A stretch of DNA of 64,000 nt. Source: Minisyncoccota bacterium. Its GTDB lineage: Bacteria > Patescibacteriota > Minisyncoccia > JAHIHE01 > JAGLIN01. Made by a program: the position numbers and the translations under genes. The stretch is from contig JBAZUT010000001.1 in the NCBI GenBank assembly GCA_041661265.1, positions 65,854-129,853 of the forward strand. The letters are read 5' to 3'. Position 1 is the first letter of the stretch; each line of letters begins with the position of its first letter. The notes beneath the pieces were generated by a model. The model did not search any database and was not told the origin of the DNA. It saw nothing but the letters and a program-made list of their open reading frames with translations. This document shows, piece by piece, positions 1 through 7,652 of the stretch.

Positions 1-3
1 AGC

Positions 4-462
4 GTGTTTTGTTTGCTTGCAATTGCTGTTATGATCACGGGATGTATCGAATCATCATCTGACAATCTTGTTCTCTCAGGACAAGCTCCGTGGGGCGGTG
101 TAGAATTAAAGAAAAACGATGACGGAAGCGTTGAGGGTCATACTGCATGGGGACATGCCAAACTGCAGCAAGACGGTTCGCGAATATTTGGATCAACCGC
201 ATGGGGAGGCGTGGATCTGAATTATAACAACGGCCGTTCGTCGGGAAAAATACCATGGGGAGGTGTGAACCTAACCATTGATAGAACCCGACTGAAAGGC
301 AGTCTGCCCTGGGGCGGATGTGATCTCAAACTTGACGGACAAAATTTGGATGGATATTTTCCTTGGGGCACTGCACATTTACGCCTTGGTGACAAATATC
401 ACTCCCTCACAGATCCCGATGTCATACTTGCCATTGCTGCGCTTGTATCAGACAAAACTTAA
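4..462 (+). CDS. Putative lipoprotein with six ~18-aa G-x-x-(P/A)-W-G repeats; the true start may lie before the window edge
   Basis: Hydrophobic N-terminus with lipobox-like ITGC; repeats GQAPWGG, GHTAWGH, GSTAWGG, GKIPWGG, GSLPWGG, GYFPWGT. Confidence 0.7.
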   Translation: MFCLLAIAVMITGCIESSSDNLVLSGQAPWGGVELKKNDDGSVEGHTAWGHAKLQQDGSRIFGSTAWGGVDLNYNNGRSSGKIPWGGVNLTIDRTRLKGSLPWGGCDLKLDGQNLDGYFPWGTAHLRLGDKYHSLTDPDVILAIAALVSDKT

Positions 463-480
463 AATATTTACGGCATTGCG

Positions 481-515
481 GCCGACCCGATATGTCATCG
501 AGGTTGGCTTTTTTC
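481..515 (+). terminator. Intrinsic terminator after the lipoprotein gene
   Basis: GCCGACC-CGAT..ATCG-AGGTTGGC hairpin followed by a T run. Confidence 0.6.
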
Positions 516-586
516 TTTTCCGATGGAATCCGCCGCAAAAAAGCTCAAATACATAAAAAAATAAGCGGTGATGTTTTCCGCTTTTT

Positions 587-1747
587 TTATTCATTTTTAT
601 AGATTTCCATCAATACTGCCGAGATCATTCCGATCATACTCCAGTCTACCAGATTTTCACTGAGAATCTCTCTCATTGTGGATATTTCAACGTAGGTCCT
701 TTCGGAATCCGCGATTACGCCATGAGCTATCCCCTGCTGGCTTTTCAGCTCCTGAAATTCTTCTTCGGTTATTTCTACCGAGAAGAGATCAGATCTGTGA
801 ACGGACAATGTCCCTGCGAGCTGGCGAGCGCCATGTTTTCTTATCCTTGAGTGATCAATCCTGAGTCCGGTTTCTTCAAAAACCTCATCGGAAGCGACAA
901 TGGTCGGGTCCGTTTCATTTTTCGATGATCCCCCTGGAAGCTCATGGATAAATCCATCAGACGTCACTGCAGGACTTCGGAATTCTCTCACCATAATAAT
1001 CTTTGCATCCAGAATGCTTTCACCTTTTCTATACATCAAGACTGATGAAATATCCGGCCTACCCAAAATAAATTCGTTCTTTTTGTATCTGTCTTCTTTT
1101 GTGATATACATCACAACATGCAAGATCCAGATAAAAACAAAATTTTTCTTGGACCCCGGTCGGACATTATATATCTCGCGCGCACTTACCAATTCGTTTC
1201 CAGCATTCCTTTGCGATTTATACCAATTCTGAAAAGTTTTTATCTTCCATATATGCAGCGGCACATCGCATTCTCCGCCTTTTCGGAACGCGCCAGCGCC
1301 TACCATTTCCATCGCTTTTTTGATCGTATCTTCCAGAGTTTCCGCTTGCGGAACATTATAATCTTCTCCAAGGGCCCGGAGATATTTCATCTTTGGAGCG
1401 TCTTTCGGAGCGCCAAGGACGATTTTCCCGGAACTTGCATACATACCGACTTCTATATTGGTCGTATATGCCCGATTTTCTTCACTTCGCGGGATCCAGC
1501 AAAGAATGCAATCCGCCATGGAAAGTCCCTTTTTCTCCCATCTGATCTGCCCATAATAATCTCTCTGCCACTTCCCGTCTCTCGGTTCAGGAACGAACAC
1601 ATGTCCATCATATCCCATTTCTTCCAGGATCCTTAGGGCTTCGATCCTCCATGAAATGACGCCTTCTTTTCTGGGAGTCGGCCCCACGAGAAATATCATT
1701 TTTTCCGCTTCTTTCGGAAATTCTTCGTTTGCATAGACTACTTCCAT
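587..1747 (-). CDS. Nucleoside 2-deoxyribosyltransferase-like domain fused to a Nudix hydrolase
   Basis: N-terminal IFLVGPTPR..SWR..QIRWEKKGL..TTNIEVG; C-terminal Nudix box GGSSKNETDPTIVASDEVFEETG; GGAGG before ATG at 1747. Confidence 0.8.
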   Translation of the reverse strand: MEVVYANEEFPKEAEKMIFLVGPTPRKEGVISWRIEALRILEEMGYDGHVFVPEPRDGKWQRDYYGQIRWEKKGLSMADCILCWIPRSEENRAYTTNIEVGMYASSGKIVLGAPKDAPKMKYLRALGEDYNVPQAETLEDTIKKAMEMVGAGAFRKGGECDVPLHIWKIKTFQNWYKSQRNAGNELVSAREIYNVRPGSKKNFVFIWILHVVMYITKEDRYKKNEFILGRPDISSVLMYRKGESILDAKIIMVREFRSPAVTSDGFIHELPGGSSKNETDPTIVASDEVFEETGLRIDHSRIRKHGARQLAGTLSVHRSDLFSVEITEEEFQELKSQQGIAHGVIADSERTYVEISTMREILSENLVDWSMIGMISAVLMEIYKNE

Positions 1748-1824
1748 ATTTTTTCCTCCTTTGTCAAACAACAACTGACGGGAAATGATATCACCGATTC
1801 ATATTTCCGTCAATATGCCGGCAT

Positions 1825-1850
1825 AAAAAATGCCTCTTGCGAGGCATTTT
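1825..1850. terminator. Bidirectional-type intrinsic terminator
   Basis: AAAAAATGCCTC-TTGC-GAGGCATTTT. Confidence 0.7.
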
Positions 1851-1861
1851 CATTTTAGGCT

Positions 1862-2401
1862 CTAGTCCGGCAGAACAGAGATCAGCTCCGCGAGGCGTGG
1901 ATGCAAAGCGAAAAATCTGTATTCCAAAAGTTTCATCACTATCATAATGTGCTTGAGTTCCGTTCCCGCATGGTCGGGATGGGTCACCAGTTCCTTCACT
2001 TCCCCGCCAAGATCATTGAGATATTCCGGAATAGATTCCGAGTTCACTTTATCCTTCAGGCCGGAGACTATCTTATCAAGCTCGTCCTTGTCGAGCCACA
2101 CGCCGCGGCAGTCAAGGCAAACATCGACCATCACCCCGGTCGAACCGTATTTGATCTTGAAGAGAGGTTTGCCGTCCCGAGGACAATCAACCAATGAGCC
2201 GTTTGCCGAAAGCTTCTTTTCATCCTCCCAAAGGTCGAAATCCAGCCAGCTCAGATTTTCATCCCTATTGTCCCGGACAACGCCGAGCTCATCCCTGTCA
2301 AACCACAATCCCCCGCAATTTTTGCACCTATCCAGCTTGATGCCGTTTATCTTTATTTCTTCCAGCGAATCACTGCTGCATTTTGGACATTTCATATTCA
2401 T
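1862..2401 (-). CDS. Protein with two zf-TFIIB-type zinc ribbons
   Basis: CPKC..LDRCKNCGGLWFDRDEL and CPRD..VDVCLDCRGVWLDKDEL. Confidence 0.85.
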   Translation of the reverse strand: MNMKCPKCSSDSLEEIKINGIKLDRCKNCGGLWFDRDELGVVRDNRDENLSWLDFDLWEDEKKLSANGSLVDCPRDGKPLFKIKYGSTGVMVDVCLDCRGVWLDKDELDKIVSGLKDKVNSESIPEYLNDLGGEVKELVTHPDHAGTELKHIMIVMKLLEYRFFALHPRLAELISVLPD

Positions 2402-2415
2402 TAAATTATTTTTGA

Positions 2416-4089
2416 TTAAAATTTGCCTACATAAAGACAGATGCTTTTTACGTTCTGATCGCAGAGAGGATCTGTCAGATCCTCCAGTCTGGCACTCAAT
2501 TCAAAATTCTGTCCATCAGAAGACTTATAGGCATAATAGTATTCAGGATCCTTCGGATCGCGCGGCAGGTCCTCCCCGCCCGCCGACCTGAGACCGAGTG
2601 CCACTTCATTTTCCTCGTTAAGCTTTGACGCAACGGGGCTCACCGGAAAATTTCCATATATCTCTCTGTAGCTATACGCCATAAGAGATATTCTCCCAAG
2701 ATCATCTTTGCGCTTCAAGTCTCTTCCCGTGATCTCTTCAGCCTCGGTTGGCACCCCCTCCTTTTTTTCCTCCGGCTGCACGCTCTCGCCCGTATTTTCA
2801 TTTTTATCGTCGCCCGGAGCCGGGGTTGAAGCATTGATAAGGCCGTTCTCTTTCATAAATTCTTCGGTCATAACCTCTTTTCTGAAAGTTGAATCGATGA
2901 CCGGCGCATAATAGACCAGCGTCGTCAAAAACATGCCGGTCAGCAAAAGACCCAAGGCCACAATTATCTTTATTGTCCCCTGGTGCATCGTCCTGTAATC
3001 CTGCGGAAGATCCTTTCTTATGGCTTTAAGATTTTGATATATGTTATATTGAAAAACCAGCGCAAAGGACGTGATGCCGAGATCAACAACGCTGCTCAGG
3101 ACATTCATGAGATATGACACCGCCTGCGCAGCCACGCTGTTTTGTCCGGCGATCGATATGAGGATTCCGGCAGGAATTCCCACGGCCGCTCCAAATGCTA
3201 TCTCAATGACTATGATATAAATAAAAAGCCTGAAAGATAGGCTGATCATCCTCCAGAATATCTGAGAAGCTTTCCCCTTTATAAGCTCGTATCCATAGGA
3301 AAATGCTTCGAAAGGTTTCAGGCCGTCCAGGATCACGCTAAGCAGAGTGATGAATATCCAGATCTCAACAATATACAGAAGCGGAAGGATAAGAATGAAT
3401 CCTATAATGATGATCAGAAAAGACATTCCCCAGGCTTCGGGTTTCATGGAAAATTCTTCTCCGGAAGTGATAAATTGAATCAATGCGACAGCCGGAACCA
3501 AAAGGATTATTCCGGAATAGATAAAATTCCCGATAACGAACGCAGATAAATAATCTTTGAATTTTCCAAAAGCTCTCTTTATCGATTCGCGAACCTCGAG
3601 GTTCTGGTCCTTTATAGTCTCTATTATCGAAATTCCCAGGATCATCGACGGTATGGAAACGACAATGGATATCAGCGCAGACACAAAATACAGATGAACG
3701 ATGTTATATTTCAATATGGCCGTGGAATCAAAAAAGAAACTGAGCGGAAGGCTTATGGCAAGATCCATAACGCTTAGCGCAACGACTGCCAGCACGACAA
3801 GCGCCAAAAATTTACCGAGCCTCTCCTTGAACATGTCCAGCGACATATCAAACAGCTTTTTCCCGTTCAACAAAATGCCTTCGCTGAAAGCATCCGCCCC
3901 GGCATTGCCATCCGCAGTGACGGTGTCATTATCTTGCCGGACAGCAGAAGGAACGTTTTGACCCTGAACCACGCTTGGCGGAACGTTTTGACCCTGAACC
4001 TCGGGCTTCTTCCCGGTATTAAGAGCGTTCATATTCCCCTTCGCCTGGACCATCTTGCCATAATTTATTTTGCCGGGATCGATCTCCAT
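2416..4089 (-). CDS. Polytopic membrane protein with a C-terminal pilin/T2SS-G-like globular domain
   Basis: About 7 hydrophobic segments, then RDLKRKDDLGRI..GNFP..LPRDPK..YYYAYKSSDGQNFELSARLE. Confidence 0.7.
   Translation of the reverse strand: MEIDPGKINYGKMVQAKGNMNALNTGKKPEVQGQNVPPSVVQGQNVPSAVRQDNDTVTADGNAGADAFSEGILLNGKKLFDMSLDMFKERLGKFLALVVLAVVALSVMDLAISLPLSFFFDSTAILKYNIVHLYFVSALISIVVSIPSMILGISIIETIKDQNLEVRESIKRAFGKFKDYLSAFVIGNFIYSGIILLVPAVALIQFITSGEEFSMKPEAWGMSFLIIIIGFILILPLLYIVEIWIFITLLSVILDGLKPFEAFSYGYELIKGKASQIFWRMISLSFRLFIYIIVIEIAFGAAVGIPAGILISIAGQNSVAAQAVSYLMNVLSSVVDLGITSFALVFQYNIYQNLKAIRKDLPQDYRTMHQGTIKIIVALGLLLTGMFLTTLVYYAPVIDSTFRKEVMTEEFMKENGLINASTPAPGDDKNENTGESVQPEEKKEGVPTEAEEITGRDLKRKDDLGRISLMAYSYREIYGNFPVSPVASKLNEENEVALGLRSAGGEDLPRDPKDPEYYYAYKSSDGQNFELSARLEDLTDPLCDQNVKSICLYVGKF
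3950..4000. repeat. In-frame duplication with a 30-nt period (21 nt identical) encoding VQGQNVP twice
   Basis: GGAACGTTTTGACCCTGAACC at 3950 and 3980. Confidence 0.9.
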
Positions 4090-4167
4090 ATTTTTATGTT
4101 ATTTTGTTTATCATAATTCTATTTATATTATAACACACTTGGGACAAATTGAGATATGCCGATCGGA

Positions 4168-5391
4168 TCAATTCCCGAAATCAAGATATTTCCTACCTTT
4201 CAATTCTTCCGGCATATATTTCTGATCCTCCTTATAGTCAAAATTTGGAGAATATTTATATCCCTTTCCATAGTCCAGTTCTTTCATGAGCTTGGTAGGC
4301 GCATTTCTGATGTGCAGCGGCACGGGAAGATTGCCGTATCTTTTCACATCGGAAACGGCTTTTCCATAGGCCGTATAAAGCTCATTGTTTTTCTTGCTCC
4401 TGGCCATATAGACGACGGCCTGAGCAAGATTCACATTACATTCGGGCATTCCGATGAAATGACAAGCCTGATAGGCGGAAACCGCCTGGTCAAGCGCAAA
4501 TGAATTCGCGATCCCGATATCCTCGGAAGCGAATCTGATAAGTCGGCGGGCTATATAAAGAGGATCTTCCCCCGCTTCAAGCATCCTTGTGAGCCAGTAT
4601 AAAGCGGCGTCTGCGTCCCCTCCTCGCATGGATTTATGCAGTGCGGAAATTATATTATAATGTTCCTCTCCATCCTTGTCATAGGCAAGAGAACGCTGAA
4701 GAGCCTCTTCGATCATGTTCTTTTCTATTTTTTTGTCGATATCGCTCGCGAATTCAAGGGCATTAAGAGCGATCCTCGCATCCCCTCCCGACATGTCGGC
4801 AAGATATTCTATGTCCTCTGTCTTGATCTCTATCTTCAACTTTCCAAGTCCCGATTCCTTGTCCTTTAGAGCGCCTGCGATAATTTTTACAATGTCTTCT
4901 TTAGACAGCTTATCGAGCACAAAAACGCGGGAACGCGAAAGAAGAGCGTTATTCACTTCAAAGCTGGGATTCTCCGTCGTAGCGCCGATCAGGATTATTG
5001 TGCCATTTTCGACATGCGGGAGAAGAGCATCCTGCTGGGACTTGTTGAACCGGTGGATCTCATCGATGAATATGATCGTCTTTTTCCCCGTTTTTTTAAG
5101 CTCTTCCGCTTTTTTCACCTCAGCGCGGAGGTCCTTCACTCCGCTCGTTGTCGCGCTCAATTTTATGAACTCCCCTTTTGTAGCTTTTGCGATGATCGAA
5201 GCCAGGGTTGTTTTTCCGGAACCAGGAGGACCCCACAGGATCATTGAGGGCACATTGTCCGTTTCTATGGCTTTTTTCAGGATCTTGCCCTCGCCCAAAA
5301 GCTTTTCCTGGCCGATAAAATCAGCCAGCGTTTTCGGACGCATTCTGTCAGCCAGAGGGATTGTGTGGACTTTATTAACCATATTTTTCAT
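4168..5391 (-). CDS. rarA: Replication-associated recombination protein A (RarA/MgsA AAA+ ATPase)
   Basis: PLADRMRP, GPPGSGKT, DEIHRFNKSQQD, ATTENPSF, ISALHKSMRG, ASEDIG. Confidence 0.95.
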   Translation of the reverse strand: MKNMVNKVHTIPLADRMRPKTLADFIGQEKLLGEGKILKKAIETDNVPSMILWGPPGSGKTTLASIIAKATKGEFIKLSATTSGVKDLRAEVKKAEELKKTGKKTIIFIDEIHRFNKSQQDALLPHVENGTIILIGATTENPSFEVNNALLSRSRVFVLDKLSKEDIVKIIAGALKDKESGLGKLKIEIKTEDIEYLADMSGGDARIALNALEFASDIDKKIEKNMIEEALQRSLAYDKDGEEHYNIISALHKSMRGGDADAALYWLTRMLEAGEDPLYIARRLIRFASEDIGIANSFALDQAVSAYQACHFIGMPECNVNLAQAVVYMARSKKNNELYTAYGKAVSDVKRYGNLPVPLHIRNAPTKLMKELDYGKGYKYSPNFDYKEDQKYMPEELKGRKYLDFGN

Positions 5392-5403
5392 CTGATAAAA
5401 TTT

Positions 5404-5420
5404 AAGGAGCTAAGCTCCTT
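5404..5420. repeat. REP-like palindrome over the RAYT stop codon
   Basis: AAGGAGC-TAA-GCTCCTT. Confidence 0.85.
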
Positions 5421-6090
5421 GTTGCGCGCTTTCTATATAATACCTCTCTAGATCTTTTCTGCTTCCGGACTCCGAGATCACCATATCGACATAATTCTCA
5501 TACTCTTTTTCATCCGCGAAATTGGACATAATGGCCTCCCTGCTGCATAGAACTCCCGCCCTGCTTCCCAAATAATCAGGATAGCTGCACCATTTATAGT
5601 TTCTTGCATCTGATAATCTATGTATGCCCGCATTGCCGTTGATGTATGCCGAAAGCCACAATAGATACTCATTGGTATCTATGAGGATGGCCTTAAACGG
5701 TCCCTGAAAAAGCGATCCGGAACGATCATTTCTCTGGTTGAAATAATTTGTAAAACTGGTGCCGATTTTGTGCATAAACATCCTGATCCCATCGTCCCCG
5801 GTCTGCTTCAATATCAAATGATAATGATTCGGATTAAGACAATAGCAGACAATTTCCACCAGCTTTGATTCCAATAAGGAGCTTAGCTCCAAATTCCGGG
5901 AGCTAAGCTCCTTATTGGATGAGTTGTTCTTAATGATAGCTCGCTGTTCATAACTCGAAAAATTATTGAACATCTTCATACTTACCATAAATTTAGCATA
6001 GTCTTCGGCATCACAAAAAACATCCCGTTTATCTACGCCACGATTATATATATGATAATATTCCCCATTTGCAAAGCTTGTTTTTCGCAT
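5410..6090 (-). mobile_element. REP-associated tyrosine transposase (RAYT, Y1 HUH family)
   Basis: YHIYNRGVDK, YCLNPNHYHL (HUH motif), GSLFQGPFK, YINGN, YKWCSY; associated with palindromes. Confidence 0.85.
5870..5919. repeat. Paired REP-like element inside the RAYT gene (21-bp perfect inverted arms, 8-nt spacer)
   Basis: TCCAATAAGGAGCTTAGCTCC-AAATTCCG-GGAGCTAAGCTCCTTATTGGA. Confidence 0.9.
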
Positions 6091-6179
6091 ACAATGGCCC
6101 TAATTGCTCTAATTTGTCTGCATTTACATTATATCCCACCCGAAAAACAAAAACAAACTGTAAAATGCACAGTTTGATC

Positions 6180-6206
6180 CCAATAAGGAGCTAAGCTCCT
6201 TATTGG
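6180..6206. repeat. REP-like palindrome upstream of the RAYT gene
   Basis: CCAATAAGGAGC-TAA-GCTCCTTATTGG. Confidence 0.9.
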
Positions 6207-6251
6207 ACGTTGTGTTTCCGATGTCTGTTTATTCCGAAGCGAATGATCCGC

Positions 6252-6761
6252 TTATTCCCTCGGATAGACCAGAAGCATGCCTACTATAGCCAATGCCGTG
6301 AAAAGAATAAGATGACTGAAGTTTCCGTTGATAAGGAAAAGCATCAGCCCAAAGATCGCCATTGATTCCGCAAATGCGATCCGCAAGAGACCGTAATTGA
6401 TCGGACCACCAGATGAATTAAAGATTGCATTTTTTGACTCTGCTTTCGGATTCAATTTGAATATCACAACAAAATTAATTATGGAGATGATCAGAAATGC
6501 CGAGAATACTAATGAATATGTCCCGCCGTCCATGCCTATAAATCCCATAAATCTATCCTGAGACTGGACTATGGTCTCGATATCCGAACCCGCAAGCTTT
6601 GGCGCAAAAGTCTTTATCCGAGATTCACTCGGCATTTGCGCTATCAATATTGCAACGATATTGTAAACAAATATCGCAACAAAAAAAGCAAACCAGAGGA
6701 CTTTATTGTTTATCGGCTTAGGCGCATTCGCTTTTGGCGTCTGGCCATTTTGCTCTTCCAT
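6252..6761 (-). CDS. Hypothetical membrane protein (4 TM)
   Basis: Four hydrophobic segments; co-oriented with neighbouring genes. Confidence 0.7.
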   Translation of the reverse strand: MEEQNGQTPKANAPKPINNKVLWFAFFVAIFVYNIVAILIAQMPSESRIKTFAPKLAGSDIETIVQSQDRFMGFIGMDGGTYSLVFSAFLIISIINFVVIFKLNPKAESKNAIFNSSGGPINYGLLRIAFAESMAIFGLMLFLINGNFSHLILFTALAIVGMLLVYPRE

Positions 6762-6771
6762 AAAAATAATA

Positions 6772-7080
6772 TTATTTTAAAATTACGTCCACCATAACCC
6801 GGACAATGGCATAGGAAAGCCCTGAGATCACGAGCCCCATCAGGGCATACTTTATCGCTTTTTTTGCCCCTGAGATCTCCTCGGGATTCCCGATCGATAC
6901 GATGTATTTCAGCCCTCCCCATATTATGGCAAGAACCGCCATGGAAGCCACAAAGCCCAAAATGAAATTGGTCGCATTCAGGATCACGCCGGAAAGATCG
7001 GAGGAAAGCCCTCCCGGATTCGTTGGCACGATACCGCCGGCCAGATAGAAATATTTTTCCGCCTTTATTTTATTTTTCAT
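6772..7080 (-). CDS. VirB2/TrbC-like pilin (CPR type)
   Basis: NFILGFVASMAVLAIIWGGLKYIVSIGNPEEISGAKKAIKYALMGL. Confidence 0.85.
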   Translation of the reverse strand: MKNKIKAEKYFYLAGGIVPTNPGGLSSDLSGVILNATNFILGFVASMAVLAIIWGGLKYIVSIGNPEEISGAKKAIKYALMGLVISGLSYAIVRVMVDVILK

Positions 7081-7142
7081 ATACGCACAATTAACTTCCT
7101 TGCTAAAGACAAGCTGCGCAAAAGGCAGCTTGTCTGAATTCT

Positions 7143-7382
7143 TTATCCCTTGACTTCTTTTATCTTCTCCCTCGTCTTCTTAAGCTCTTCTTCCCTTCTA
7201 TATCTTTCTTCTCTTTTAAGAATCTCATCATCAGGTGCATGGCAATCTTCTCTTAGTTTTTGCATAGTTTTTTCATCTATTTCTTCATCGATCTCATCTT
7301 CCTCTGATCTTGCCTCGGGAGTGATCTTCTTCAAATTGCCATCTACAAAATTTTTGATCTTTTCGAACGGATTAAACCCCAT
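7143..7382 (-). CDS. Small acidic/charged hypothetical protein
   Basis: 79 aa; AAGGAG RBS; starts MGFNPFE. Confidence 0.6.
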   Translation of the reverse strand: MGFNPFEKIKNFVDGNLKKITPEARSEEDEIDEEIDEKTMQKLREDCHAPDDEILKREERYRREEELKKTREKIKEVKG

Positions 7383-7471
7383 ATCTCCTTTCTTCTTATG
7401 TTAATTATTTTGCCCCATCTGCCGCCAGAACGCACCCAGCCTTCTCCTTGCCGATCCTCGGCGGCTTACCG

Positions 7472-7630
7472 CTAATCCCCGTATTCCTTCTCCATTCCCC
7501 GCCTGACTCCCTTATTTTTTTTCCCCTTAGCATCCGTCTCTTCTTCCGATTTTTCTGCAGGAGTGAATTTTATCAGACCATCATCCTCAGTTTCTACAAA
7601 ATTTTCAAATGCATTGAATCCCAAACCCAT
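7472..7630 (-). CDS. Small hypothetical protein (52 aa, absent from the ORF track)
   Basis: MGLGFNAFENFVETEDDGLIKFTPAEKSEEETDAKGKKNKGVRRGMEKEYGD*; GAAAGGA RBS; fills the gap after ppsA. Confidence 0.5.
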   Translation of the reverse strand: MGLGFNAFENFVETEDDGLIKFTPAEKSEEETDAKGKKNKGVRRGMEKEYGD

Positions 7631-7652
7631 GGTTCCTTTCTTTATGAATTGA

